A stretch of 63,827 nucleotides of DNA, filler included, from 8 parts of 8 records of this genome joined end to end with filler, not necessarily neighbours in it; one strand, 5' to 3'; shown: positions 23,946-36,006, counted from the first letter of the whole stretch. Numbers and translations are program-made. Notes: generated from the letters alone by a model not told the origin.

Positions 23946-24794
23946 ATGGGGCCGCTGCAGAAGCTCCTGACGGTCCTGGCGCTCGGGTTCATGGTCGGGT
24001 GCGGGATGATAGTGGTGCGCGGCCAGAACCCGATCGAGCTGCTCCGCCGGGCGCTGAACGAGGGTGTTGTGCTCAACGGATGCTCGGCGGTCTACCAGAG
24101 CTGGCACGACCCGGGGGCGACCCACCCTTGGACGGGTGACCTCAAGCAGCACTGGCGCACCGTGAGGGACGAGCTGCACGCCTGGGAGCACAAGCAGGCC
24201 GGGCCACCCCCGGCGTTCACTGCGCTCGACGAGATCCAACGGATGATCGCGCCGCACAAGCAGTGGCGCACACTATGGCTCAGGGTGTACGGTGAGGATA
24301 CGCTCGTAGCTACAGACTTCCCCAAGACGCTGGGGCTGCTGCCGGCGGGCAAGGCCTTGAGTGTGATGTTCTCGGTGCTCGGGCCGGGGGATGGGCTCGA
24401 GCTGCACAGGGGAGACGTGAATGCAGTGCTGCGCTACCACCTCGCACTCGAAGTGCCGCCGCTCTCGGCTCCGGAGGCGGACGAGCCGCTCGCGCTGATG
24501 GTGGCAGACAAGCTGTTGTACCGGAGGGGCGAGAAGGTCCGGTACGATAAGCACGAGTGGGCTGAAGGCAAGGACATGTTGTTTGATGACACGTACATGC
24601 ACTTCGTGATCAATGAGCGGACCACCGGGCGGCGGGTGGTGTTGTTCATGGATTTGCCGCGGCACGACTGCAACTGGCTCACTGGCCAGTTTCTTAGCTT
24701 TGTCACCCGGTACATTATGCCGCACGTTCCGCGGATACGTTCGTTGATCGACAACATCAACGACAACTGGCGGCTGATGAGTTACTCGAAATAG
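23946..24794 (+). CDS. Aspartyl/asparaginyl beta-hydroxylase (LpxO-like) 2OG-Fe(II) dioxygenase
   Basis: VMFSVLGPG..L..HRG....LRYHLAL.VP, W.EG...LFDDTY.H.V.N....RVVLF.D; N-terminal TM anchor. Confidence 0.9.
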   Translation: MGPLQKLLTVLALGFMVGCGMIVVRGQNPIELLRRALNEGVVLNGCSAVYQSWHDPGATHPWTGDLKQHWRTVRDELHAWEHKQAGPPPAFTALDEIQRMIAPHKQWRTLWLRVYGEDTLVATDFPKTLGLLPAGKALSVMFSVLGPGDGLELHRGDVNAVLRYHLALEVPPLSAPEADEPLALMVADKLLYRRGEKVRYDKHEWAEGKDMLFDDTYMHFVINERTTGRRVVLFMDLPRHDCNWLTGQFLSFVTRYIMPHVPRIRSLIDNINDNWRLMSYSK

Positions 24795-24831
24795 TTTATA
24801 AATAAATGATTATTGCTAGTATTTCAACATT

Positions 24832-26491
24832 TTATGGAGGAGGCCCGCGGAACCAGCCTTTGCTCTTAGGCTTACTAAGCTCAACTGAAGCCTCAATCTC
24901 AGGCTCGGGTGCCGGTGCAGGAGCCTCAGGTTCACACTCTTTGCTCGTCCCAGGCTCCTCACAAGAGGGCACAGATGGATCCTCGGGCCCAGACTCCTCA
25001 CCCGCAGCTGCGGACGGCTTGTCAGCTGGTGCAGGGGCTGAACCCTTGAACCAACCTTGCTCAGAGCTTGGCGACGCAGCCACTGCAGCCAGCGCTGCCG
25101 CTCGCTTTGCCACCGTAGCTGCTTCAGCCGCCTCTACGGCCGCAACTGCCACTACTGCGGCCTTTGAGGAAGCTGCAGCAGCGGCCGCCGCAGCCTCAGC
25201 TGCTGCGGCTTCTTGTGCTGCCCTGGCTGCAGCTGCATCTGCATGAGACACTGCTTGGCTCTCTGGAGCTTTGGATCTGGTGGCCAAAAGCGCCCTCTCG
25301 GCCGCCTGACACTCTTGCTTTGCCCTCACAGCAGCCTCTCCCGCGTGTGTGGCCGCATTTTGTGCTGCCCTCAGTGCTTCGCCTGCTACTTCAATATCCG
25401 AAGTACTGGCTGCTGCTCGCTCTTGCTCTGCGGCCTCATCGGCGGCATCCTTGGCTTCCTTGGCCGCCTTGGCCGCGGCTGTCACTGCCTCCTGGCCGGC
25501 ACGAGCCAAAACATCGGCTGCCATCTCCGCAGCTGCCATCTCCGCAGCCCTCAACTCGGCAGTAGGGTCTCCGATGGGCTCTTGGCCCGGCTCATCGACT
25601 GGCGCTCCGACGCTGGCCTGCGCCCCACCGATCGCCTTCCACCGCTCGGCGCCTTCCGACTCCGGGCCGTCTGCCACAGATAGAGGCCCTTCAGTGCCTT
25701 TCTCAGTCGGGAGGTCGCCATGTTCCTTCTGATACCTTGCAAGCTTCTTCTGCAAGTCGCCCTGCCAGCCCAGTCAGCCACAGCTCCGGCCGGGTCGGCG
25801 CACGATCAGCCCGATCTTCCTGTCGATCTCCATACGCTGTTTGGTCACCTCCTGTTTGGCTACCTTGTATCGGTTCTCTATCTGTCGCACAGCTCAGCCT
25901 GAGTTACAGCCCTGAACACCGACCGTCCTCTCCAGGCTCTTATTCCGCTCGCGCAGCGTGTCGTTCCGCTCGCTCACCTCGTTGATCTGCCCGCAGCGCC
26001 TCAAGCCCGCTAACCCAGCCAGGCACCGCATCCCTCCGCTGGTTCACCTCACGCTGGAAAGCCCCCCGGATCTCGTTCGCCACCCCGACCCGCTGCCACG
26101 CGCCCACCGGGCTGCCAGCAGAGCTCAGAAGCGCGCGCCGGTGGCGGGGGCGCCTGCTGTCCGGCCGCTCACTACCCCAGCCTTCACCCAGCACTGCGCG
26201 CTCACTCTCCATGCGCATCCTCAGCGCCGTGGCCATCTGCTTTTGGGCGCCCCCGCTGGCGTACTTGTTGGGCCGGGGCGCCAGCTTGAGCTTGGTGAAC
26301 GTGTCGACCGCCTGGCTGAACGCGTCCCGGTCTATCGAGCGCGCGTCTACAGTCCCGGCCTCCAACAGGCTGCGCGGCACCGGCTGCAGCGAGCCGTTGG
26401 GCGGCGAGGCCACGAAGCGGGCGGCTGCCGGATCCTGGGCGGCTTTGGGGCTGAAGCATCCGGACGGCCCTGAGGAGTCGCGCCGACGCAT
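24832..26491 (-). CDS. Ala-rich coiled-coil hypothetical protein, multi-exon
   Basis: ORFs 25940..26491 and 24832..25755 can be joined through short GT-AG introns; no recognised domain. Confidence 0.55.
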
Positions 26492-26737
26492 CTCCTGGAG
26501 CGGACAGCCTCCTCTGGTCCAGGCCAGTGCTCTCCCGACAACGGCATTTATAACGGATATGAGGTATAGCTAACTGCTTTCTAGCCCTGTAGCTTCAGCA
26601 CGTAATTACTTACTACATGTATCAAATCAAGGGTAAATGTCCTCATTGACCATGTCCTCAGTGTGACAACCACATCATCGCGATGTTACCATGCAGATCT
26701 ATATCATGCGCCAGTCTTCGCAGGTAGCACGATACGC

Positions 26738-28684
26738 TCAGCACGATGGTGAGAAGGTGCATCCCGGCCGCCAATACGGTTCCTCAGGGAGATAAGCACC
26801 GGCCTTGTGCATGACCAAGGGCGAGTCTTCACTCGGTCGGAAGTCGAAATTCTCCGGATCGCGCAGCTTCATCTCGGATTGGTTCAGCTCAAGTATGTCC
26901 TTCCAGACGGTAAACAACCCCGGACCGGGCACAGGGCCGGCCTGGCCCGTGATGCGTTTGCTCACCGAGCTGTAGAACGCACTGTGCCGGTTTTGCTGGC
27001 TCAGATTGAATCCCGAGTGCAGTGGCGAGGTGACAGCACAGAGGTCGCCCTGCCCGTATTCACTCGTATTGAACACGGTGTTGGCAAAGAACCGATTGTA
27101 GTCCCCCTTAAGTATCACGCCAGACGCGGCCCCTTGACCGACTGGGTACCGCCCTGGCTCATCGTTCCTATCGAACAGGGGTTGGCCACAGTTGAATACC
27201 ACATTATGGTCAACCGTCAAATTGAGGTTTCTGTCATCGCCACGGACGCACTTCTCCCTGCAGTCGTGAACCCAGTTGTGATCCCACCGTTTGGTACAAT
27301 TGGCTCGAAGGCTAGGAGGCAGACTGTAGTTCATACAGGAGGTGAACGAGTTGTCAGCGTGAAGCCCCGCGCTGTCCAATCCAACCAGCCCGCACTTATA
27401 CACGTGGCTCAGCGTAATCCGGTTGGACCGTTGGCTGGTTAGCACCCCCATTGAGCCTGTTCTCCGGACCGTGGCCCTGCGCACGGTGTTGTCGTTCCCA
27501 CGAGTCACACCCCCTGGGATTGCTAGCCGCGGTGAAGATCCTCGCAGCGTCGGGGACGCGTCTCCAAACCCGAGTTCGATTGGTGGAAAGTCCAATGTGC
27601 CGAGCCACCCGACGTCCTCGATCAACACCTCATCGATCAAGTTGTTGCTCCCGACCACTTTGATTCCACCGTTGTTGGCGTACCGTAAATGCACTTTGGT
27701 GATCGTGTTGTGGTCGCCTTCGATCAGCGTGGCGCTTGCCGGAGGGCCGGGCACCACATCCCGGTGCCGGATCTCGCGCTGGAAGGTAGGATGGAGCAGC
27801 TGCACCTCGCTGACCGAGCATGCGGTGCAGTTGCGGAGTCGGAACGTGCAGCTGTGAAGCGAGAGATTCGCCACATGCACCGGGCCCGAACCGCTGTCGA
27901 TGCAAAAGTCGCGTACCATCACCGCCACCCGATCCCCGGGCGGCTGAGAGTCGGGCGCCCACAGGTAAAGAGTCCAGCTCTCGGTGTCCACAAACCACTC
28001 GCCTGGACTGTCCAGCAGGTCGAGTTTGCCGCTCAGGAAATACAAATTCTCCGTCGCCTGTTCCATGTAGGCCCCCTTGCCGCCTACATGCCCATACTGG
28101 CTGTCGCGCGGGTCGTAGCTGAACTGACCAGCCCCGTGTCCGAGCACGGGGCGGGTCCAGGTCAGGAAACGGAACCCCACGTTCAAAGTGGCCAGCGCGC
28201 CCGTCGTGTTCATCTCCGGAAGCCTCGGGTCCACAATCACCCCGTCTCTCAGCTGGGTGCCGTTGGCAGTGCGCGCCCACGAGTCCAGCGAGAGCGGCCC
28301 GCCCGGCACGTCGGCTGGGCCGCTGCCCAGCTGCATGTTCGGCCAGCGCGCCTCGGGCAGCCACGTCTGCCCCACAAACAACTGGCTGAACTGACTCCGG
28401 AGCCCGGCGGGGAGCTCGGTCCGCCAAATCGCCCCGGCGTGCCGCACCCACCGGTCGGGCACTGGTTCGGTCCCAGTGATCACCGTGGCTGGCCCCTGAC
28501 CCACCAGCCGGACCCCCGGGCGGAGCGGCCCAAGCCCCCGGTGGGTGCCGGCAGCCAGGAGGCAGGTGACCGGCCCGGGGCGCGCTAGGCAACCGGCCAG
28601 GCTCTCGCCCGGCTGAATGACGTGGCCGGCGCACACTGGCAAAACCAGCCCGAGAGCCCACAGCTTCACGAGATCAAGTGGCAT
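26738..28684 (-). CDS. Secreted right-handed beta-helix (pectin-lyase-like) protein, intronless
   Basis: Signal peptide MPLDLVKLWALGLVLPVCAG; QLFV....PEARWPN, YFLSGKLDLLDSPGEWF, HNWVHD, HNVVFN, DFRP..DSPL. Confidence 0.75.
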   Translation of the reverse strand: MPLDLVKLWALGLVLPVCAGHVIQPGESLAGCLARPGPVTCLLAAGTHRGLGPLRPGVRLVGQGPATVITGTEPVPDRWVRHAGAIWRTELPAGLRSQFSQLFVGQTWLPEARWPNMQLGSGPADVPGGPLSLDSWARTANGTQLRDGVIVDPRLPEMNTTGALATLNVGFRFLTWTRPVLGHGAGQFSYDPRDSQYGHVGGKGAYMEQATENLYFLSGKLDLLDSPGEWFVDTESWTLYLWAPDSQPPGDRVAVMVRDFCIDSGSGPVHVANLSLHSCTFRLRNCTACSVSEVQLLHPTFQREIRHRDVVPGPPASATLIEGDHNTITKVHLRYANNGGIKVVGSNNLIDEVLIEDVGWLGTLDFPPIELGFGDASPTLRGSSPRLAIPGGVTRGNDNTVRRATVRRTGSMGVLTSQRSNRITLSHVYKCGLVGLDSAGLHADNSFTSCMNYSLPPSLRANCTKRWDHNWVHDCREKCVRGDDRNLNLTVDHNVVFNCGQPLFDRNDEPGRYPVGQGAASGVILKGDYNRFFANTVFNTSEYGQGDLCAVTSPLHSGFNLSQQNRHSAFYSSVSKRITGQAGPVPGPGLFTVWKDILELNQSEMKLRDPENFDFRPSEDSPLVMHKAGAYLPEEPYWRPGCTFSPSC

Positions 28685-28791
28685 CTTCACCGGGCCGTCC
28701 GGGCGATCTCGGAAGTCCGTTGTGGCTCGACAGCGGCTCACAGCGCGGACAAGCTGGTTGCCGCGTGTGTTTCGAAAGCACACGCGCATAT

Positions 28792-29475
28792 ATGGAGTGG
28801 TCGGTCGTTTCGGGGGACCTGGCCGGCGAGGGGGTGGCGCTGGTGTGGGTGGTCGCGCACCTGGTTGGTGCTCCGCTGGCCCAGGCCCAGTTGGCGAGCC
28901 GGGGCTATGGATTCTACGCAGACGAACCGTGCTGGCGGAACGGGCTGATGATTCCGACCCAGCTGTTCACGCTGCCCGCGCTCTGGGTGCTGGCCATGCC
29001 CGGCTGGTCCGGGCTGCAGGCCTGGTCCCGGGTGTGCGACCAGTGCGGCTGGGGCCGGTTCGGATGGGCTTTTGCATGGATCTTCCCTACCGCGATGCTG
29101 CTGGATTGGGCGCTGATCGATATGCCGTTGCAGCTCACCGCCCACCACCTGGCGTGCCTGGCCGGCCATCTGGCCGGCTGCATCTTTGTGCCGCCGGCTG
29201 GGTTTCCGTACTACTTCTCGGGCGTAGTGGCGCTCGAAGTCGGCTCGGGCGCAAACAATTACTATATGGTAGACCCGTGCCTACCAAGTGCGCTGCTCTG
29301 GTTTGTGGTCATGTCGGTCTCCAACCTGGTGTGCGCGTGGGCAACGTATCACGGGCTGCAGCATGCGAAAGGCCCGGCCAAAACTTTTGTGATGGCGCTT
29401 GTTCCGGTGCTGCTGTTTCTAAGGCAACGAGAGTGCTGCCAAGGCTTAATGTTCGAGTTAGCACTGGTTGCATGA
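28792..29475 (+). CDS. Multi-pass membrane protein, TLC-domain-like
   Basis: Several hydrophobic helices; AHHL and ALEVGS motifs. Confidence 0.55.
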   Translation: MEWSVVSGDLAGEGVALVWVVAHLVGAPLAQAQLASRGYGFYADEPCWRNGLMIPTQLFTLPALWVLAMPGWSGLQAWSRVCDQCGWGRFGWAFAWIFPTAMLLDWALIDMPLQLTAHHLACLAGHLAGCIFVPPAGFPYYFSGVVALEVGSGANNYYMVDPCLPSALLWFVVMSVSNLVCAWATYHGLQHAKGPAKTFVMALVPVLLFLRQRECCQGLMFELALVA

Positions 29476-29641
29476 CTGGGATACAGATATTAAAAATAGC
29501 TATCAGAAGCGTTTACGAGTACCAATGTACGTAATGCTTATTAGGCGGTCGCACAATTTATCAACCGAAGCACCAAACATACAATTCATCAGCTTCCCGT
29601 GGCTTACCTATGAGATTATGAAGCAAACATACAATCCCGAT

Positions 29642-30689
29642 CTACGCAGATCCGTCGCGTGTCTTGCACTCGAATTGCTCTGCCAGTAGCTGTCTGAGCG
29701 CCTCTGCCCTCTCTGACTACACCAAGCCACTCAGACCACCGGGCAGCCAGCCGGCCACCTCGCGGTTGGCCTCGTAGCATTCGGCCAGATGGGCCACCGC
29801 GTGGGCAAACAGCGAGTGCTGCCCGCCATTCAGCTCCAGCCGCACTCCGACCAGCTGCGCCCGCCTCCCCGCCCGCACCAGCCAGAGGCCACACCTTCTC
29901 CGCGTGGTCCACCGCCCCTCGAGCGTCCCCGCGCGCCTGGCACACCCGGGACTGATTGAGCGCCGCCGCCGCCGCCGCATCGCTCATCCCCTGCCGGCGG
30001 CTCGCCCGGCGCGTGGCCACGCCGTACCATCCGATGCTCCTCAAGCAGGCCAACCACCTCGCCCGCGGCCTCGTCGGCCCCTTTCAGGTCCCCGCGCCCG
30101 AGCAGCGTCTCCGACAGCGCGTTGAGCGCGGCGGCCAGGCTCTGCGCGTCCGGGGCGCTCTCGTCGGCCCCGCTGGCGGTTTCTGCCTGCGGCCAGGTCC
30201 GGTCGGCCAACGCGGGGCGCGCACCAGAAGCTCGCGCCGGATGCCGACCACCTTGCGGGCCAGGGCCTCGGCCTCGGTCAGCTCATCCCGGGCGATGAAC
30301 AGCCGGACCAAGTTGTGCAGCGCCGTGGCCGACGAGCGGTGCCGCTCGCCGAATACGAGTATGTATATGTCGGCCGCCTCCTGATAGGCCTTCCCGGCGG
30401 CCTCGAGCTCGCCCATCGCCTTGTGCACCCGGCCCAGGTTGTTCAGCCCGCTGGCCAGCCCAGGGTGCAGCCCCTCCACCCCGCTGAACAGCTGGCGCGA
30501 CAGGGCAATCGACTGCTCCGCTAGCGCCCGGCTGTCCTCGTACCGGCCGGCCGAGAACTGGGTGAGCAGCTGCTGGTTGAGCCGTTGGATCCGCTCCACC
30601 GCAGGCCCGTCCACGCACCCCCGTCGGCCGGCCTGCAGCAGTTGGCCCGCCCAGCGAGGCCCAGACCTCATCAGCAGTGCCCGCGCCAT
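29642..30689 (-). CDS. Kinesin-light-chain-type TPR protein, multi-exon
   Basis: HPGLASGLNNLGRVHKAMG...A...YQEA, HRSSATALHNL, LAAALNALS; short introns. Confidence 0.75.
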
Positions 30690-30730
30690 CCAAAAGTTTT
30701 CGCCCGCGGCGGCCGCGCCCTTGCAGCACG

Positions 30731-31681
30731 ATGAGCCGCTCCTCGAGCTTGATGCAGACAGTGCTGGCGGTGCTGGCGGCGGCGGCGGTGGCTCAGCACC
30801 AGCAGTGGCCCGGGATCAACGAGTCTGCCTTCATCTGGCCGGCCCAGTGGTCGGCTGTGCAGGAGATCCACCTCACCTCCGGGCCGTTCGCCGGAGCGGT
30901 CCAGCGCGGCCGGATTGTTTACGACTTCGTCAACCAACGGACGCGAGAGGACCAGGCGCTGGTGGCCGGGCCGAGCGTCAAGACCAACTACACCTCGGAC
31001 AACATGACCGAGTGGTTTCACGGCCCGATCTGGTACTACATGGACTGGACCACGGGAGTGTGTATGAGCAACGACTTCGGGATCGGTCCGGCCCCGGCGC
31101 GACCCTTGTGAGCCGGCAAGTGCAGGGATGGTCTTCCCCGACTTTCTGGTCAACACCAGCTACCCACGGCACACTGGCACCACCTTCATCTACAGCTACG
31201 GCCAGCGGAGCTCCAGCCGGGGCTACCTCAACACTACGGTCAGTCGCCCGGCTGCCGGCTCTGACTCGAAGGGCAGTGGATCCAAACGGACGGCAGCGCG
31301 GGGTTCGGGCTGCCGCGCGGATCAGACTTGTTCGAGTGGTATCTAGACAGCGAGCTGCGTCCGGTGCGGATGAGAATCCCGTCGACACTGGCAGCTGACT
31401 TAGTGATCGACATAACAGACTTCAGCACCGCAGTGGACAGCCGGCTGACCGAGCTGCCGGAGGCCTGCACCAAACCAGTGCTGGCCGCGCGGCCGCCTAG
31501 GCACTGGTCCCGGCTCCGGCTCCGTGAGCCGCCTGTGTGCGAGCAGTGCAGTACACCTGATGCAGAGATATGCCATACGCTCACGGATCCGAAGCAGTGC
31601 GAATTTCTTGCTCCACAATGCCCGTGTGCATGCGTTTGCTGTCAAACTGGAATCGCGCCGCCGAGTTGGTGTAAAAAGTGA
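30731..31681 (+). CDS. Secreted ependymin-related (EPDR/LolA-fold-like) protein with Cys-rich tail; 2 introns
   Basis: Signal peptide; WPAQWSA...GRIVYDFVNQRTRED, YYMD...G.C...DFGIGMVFPDFL, RPVRM, ELPEAC. Confidence 0.6.
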
Positions 31682-32301
31682 CGAGCTCGCGTTGGCTAGT
31701 CCCTTACATGTGCTCGTACTGCTCTACAACGTATACGCTTGTACACTCGTACTTTTGCACGCCCCTATGGCGCGCAAAACTCTCAATATGAGTCTCGTTT
31801 ATCTAACCCTACATTAAACTAGGGTTACCTATAGCGGGGGCTCAGGCTTAGAAGCCTAAGCCAATAGAGTACCACTCCGGGAGACTACCACTAAAGGGGG
31901 TGGTCAAACAATGTTCAGTGTCAAGGGTTCAAGGCTCGGGATCAGTCTTCTGTTTCGGTTGCTGTTCCGGTTGTTGTTTCGGTTGTTGTTCCGGTTGCTG
32001 TCGCGGGCCGTCGGATACGGGCCGGCCGGCGTNNNNNNNNNNNNNNNNNNNNNNNNNNNNNNNNNNNNNNNNNNNNTTAATTAATTAANNNNNNNNNNNN
32101 NNNNNNNNNNNNNNNNNNNNNNNNNNNNNNNNGCGCTGGAGTCGAACCTGCCCGCCGGGGCGCTCGGCCGGCCGCCTTGGAACCCCCCCACCAAACCATG
32201 CCACCACCCGCACACAAGACGCTGTCAGCATGCCATGATTGCCATCCGCCATGATCAACGACTCGGTGAACGGCACTCGGACAAGTGTCAAGTGAAGTGC
32301 A

Positions 32302-34801
32302 ATGCCTGCGGACCTGGACGACGCGGCGGCGGCGATCAAAGCCTCGATGTCGGGCAAGCCTTCCCGGCCGAACGACTCGCTGGACGAGGCAGCCGCGGCG
32401 ATCAAAGCCAGCATCAAGCAGACCCCGATCAAGGACAAGGACGCAAAGCCGCCAGGCAGCCGGCCCCCAGTACCCGGGCCGAGGGCGGGGCAGCGCCGGA
32501 CGTGCGGGGGATGGGCGTAGTGGTGCTACACCCGGGGTCGTACCACCTCCGGATTGGAATGGCCTGGGATAAGAAAGCCAAGCTGGTCAAACACTGCGTC
32601 GCCCGCCGGCGGGACCCGACCAAGCCAGCCCCCCAGTGCCGGACCCCTCAGAGTGCAGTTAGCGGCACATGGGCGCGGACGGACCCTTTGCGCGAGCACG
32701 AGCTGCTGCTGGTCGAGAGCGAGCTCAAGGACGAGAAGAACAGGGCCAAGCAGCAGCACCGGCCGTCCAAAAAGGCAGGCTCGGGCCGGCCGGCTGGTGA
32801 GTGCGAACAGGCGAGGATGCTCGAGACAGTTAGCTCGCTCAAGAAGCCCAACATGACCCAGATGACCAGCCCGCCCTTCCCGGAGCCCGTTGTCCGGCCG
32901 TGGACCACCAACCTGCCTGAGACGCGACAGCACGTCTTTGGCGAAGAAGCAGTCAGGATCGCCTCTGGCCAGCCGTGAGTCCAACGGACGGCCAACGGAC
33001 GAGCTGGGGCAGGTATGAGCTGCTCTGGCCGCTCCAGCGGGGCCACTTCAACAGCGGGTGCGGCTGCTGGCTCAGGCAGGCGCCGAGTACCCTGCAGGCT
33101 CGGGGTGGCTGGCACCTGCAACCTGCTTGATTTAATCTGGACGCACGCGATAAAGACAAAGCTCGGTGCCGGCCTGCGGGTGGCCTGGCCGAGCGGCCCG
33201 CAGAGATCATGCCGCGCGACTTCGCCAACTACGCTGTGGCACTTGTGGTGAGAGACACGATCAATAGGAAGGAGGTAGCAGAAATGGTGCACATTCTGCT
33301 CCGCCGGATGCGCTTCCGATCAATATTCGTGCTTCAAGAGTCTGTGGCCGCCGGCTTCGGGGCCGGGGTTTCGACCGGTGCCGGGTGCAGGTTGGGCTGA
33401 GCTGAGAGCCGGTGCAGGCTGCGTTGTGGACTTGGGACATCAGACCACGTCTGTTTGCTGCATCGAGGATGGTTACTCGATCCCACTCTCCCGGCTCGAG
33501 ATGCCGTGCGGGAGCGACGACATCACCCACACGCTGCACTGGCTGCTCCAGGCGCGCCGCTGTGGTTGCTGGCCGCTGACAGCTGGGACAGCGAGTAGAG
33601 TGTGATGAGTTCATCAAGAACCTGCCAGACGGATCACAAGCGGGCGGGCAGATGAATAACCCACAGCACGCGGCGCTGTTCCAGCAGATGAAACACGAGC
33701 TGTGCGAGCTCCGGTGCGCGCATGTATAGCACTGTTGTGCTGCGTTAAGTATGTACTGTAGTGCTGTAGTACAGTTTAGAGTATGGTGTTGCTGAAGGCT
33801 GTGCAGGTACCTTAATCCAACCACCGAGCTCCAGCAAAAGGGCAGCTACGAGACCAGACTAGTCTGGCAGCCCAGGTACTAGCCTGGCTGGCGGGGCTGA
33901 GCGGTCCTCTGCAGCCCGGGCGGGCCGGTCACGCAGTGGTCGATGGCGAGTAACTCGCTCCACTGTGTCGCCGCGATGGCGATTTACCACCCTCGTTTGG
34001 CCGAGCCTCTTGTTGGCGCGCTCACTACTGAGAAAGGTGAGCGCGACCGGTCGGGCCGGAGTGAGCGCTGGGCAGGGAACTACACGCTTCAGCAGTCAAT
34101 TGCAGACTCCAATCTGTCTGTGCCTGCCCCCCCTACACTGGACAAGGACAAGGTAGCTCAGCGGCCGGACGCAGACCGAGCGCTGGGCAGGACAAGGAGG
34201 ACAAGGACGACGATAAAGAGAAGGAAAAGAAGGACGATAAGGATAAGCTCATCGTGGGCGGTTAACAGAGCCTTCTTAATAAGGAAATCACGGTTAACTC
34301 AGGGCATGGTGGGGACGGCAGTCTGGTGCCTCCTATGGGCCTCGACCAGGCAGGCCCACGCCCAGGCTGTGGCGCTGACTCCAAACCGCAGGCGATCATG
34401 CTGTCAATCTCGCGGGTCGGTGATCGAAAGGAACTGAAGAAGAAACTGTTCAACTCTGTGCTGTTGGTGGGTGGAGGTTAACAACGTTTCCCAATTAGGA
34501 AATGACGGATGGCTCAGGCGCTAACATGAAGGGGATGGTCGGGTCGATCGAGGACAAGCTGATATGCCGGCTGGAGGGGAGCAACTGGCTGTGTGGCACT
34601 GACCCAGTCGAGAGTGTCGAAGTGCTTGGGGCAAACAAACTGGCCGGACTGAAGGACGCGTCCACTGGGACGCTCTCATGGAGGGGTGCCACGATTGCTG
34701 CGCAGGCGGAGGTCTCCAAGGATATGTACATCTTGCAAGCCGAGTGGATGGAAGGCGGCACCAGGCTGCTCCGCGAGAAGGCACCGTTTGGGTTTTCTTG
34801 A
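32302..34801 (+). CDS. ARP8: Actin-related protein 8 (INO80 complex), ~12-13 introns
   Basis: VVVLHPGS..LRIG.A, YELLWPLQRGHFN, QESVAA.FGAG.S.GCVVDLGHQTTSVCCIEDG, GLDQAI..SI, SW.GA, EWM.GG.RLLREKAPF. Confidence 0.9.
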
Positions 34802-35130
34802 AATTTGCTGCGATACAAGGTACTACTACTCGTTCATATTCATTCTACTATTCATTCATACTATTGCAATTTCAACAGCATGTGCACTTGCCACTAGCTT
34901 TACACTCTAGAGCTTTACACTACATGTAGCTGGCCAGCCATGTGCAATGAATTCTCATACTTAGAACTCTAAATATTGATGTCCTCGATCAAACTAATTA
35001 CTTGTACGAGTATAATTTTTATAAAATAATATCAAACACATTTTGTTGCAATTATTTAAGTGTGCTGTTCGTGATCAAGCGTCAATGCGTCATCATCAAG
35101 ATCACATCTGTTGAAAGCACTCCGACAACT

Positions 35131-35797
35131 TTAATCTAGGTGGTCATGGCCATCGTCTACTACACCCTCATCCTCATCGATATCCGTGCTGTTCGTGCTA
35201 TTGGTGCTGCTTGGAGGAGGGAATGGCACTGTGAATTCAGCAGATACAACTTTGCCACAAGGCACATCAAGGTGGATACAAGGGTAACCTTCTGCGTCGT
35301 AGTCCTTTCCGCTGAACTGCACCAGTGTATGGTTGGCTCCGTTGAGTTCGAGGACTGCCTCACCAAGCCTGTCAGTTGCCTGATATGAGCGGTTTGTCAT
35401 CATGACCTATGGCAAACATACCAGTGACAGGTTTGTCTTGGGCCATGGAAACGGGCATGCCATTTTCATCAGTTTCAGCAGGTGCTCCATCGCCTGCAGC
35501 AGGATTCGCGTTCCCAAGGTTTGTTCCGATTAGTATATTGCGTTCCATTCCACCCACGATATTGCCAACATCGGTACCAATTATCACATTCTGCTTGTAT
35601 TCAGCAGTTGGTTGAATCCGGTCAGGACGACCCATGTTAGCAAGATTTGCGCCTACTAGTGTGGTTTTCTGGTCGCGCTTGAGTTGAAGAATGGCGTGAT
35701 TGGTCGCATCAAAGTCCAAATTGATTATACCTCCAGGCCCTTCGAGATACACTTGGAAAGTCGGGCGAACCACATAAGCTAATGTCTTCGAGTCTAT
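35131..35797 (-). pseudogene. Low-GC frameshifted fragment resembling phage/virus fibre or adhesin-type repeat proteins
   Basis: No ATG; NVIIGTDVG / NILIGTNLG repeats; FAIGHDDKPLISGN then a frameshift (~35372) to DRLGEAVLELNG; visibly lower GC than flanking genes. Confidence 0.45.
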
Positions 35798-36006
35798 CTA
35801 ATAACAACTACAATTGTAAAAAAACCCGGACGGGTCACTCACGGGTTTCTAAAGTGTATACAAAAGGACGGGGAATCGGGGATCGAGACAGCTGACAGCA
35901 TGCGCAGCCGGACAGCGTATATTAAAGACAGTACGCTCATGAAGTCATGATTGACATGATGATTGATATAATTATATTGTAATGCAACGACTATGCACGC
36001 CACTAT

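Noticed and set aside
31900-32032. Short repetitive ORF at a contig end (CCSGCCFG on +, QQPEQQPK on -)
   Set aside because: Probably the low-complexity tail of a truncated minus-strand gene; too short to call.
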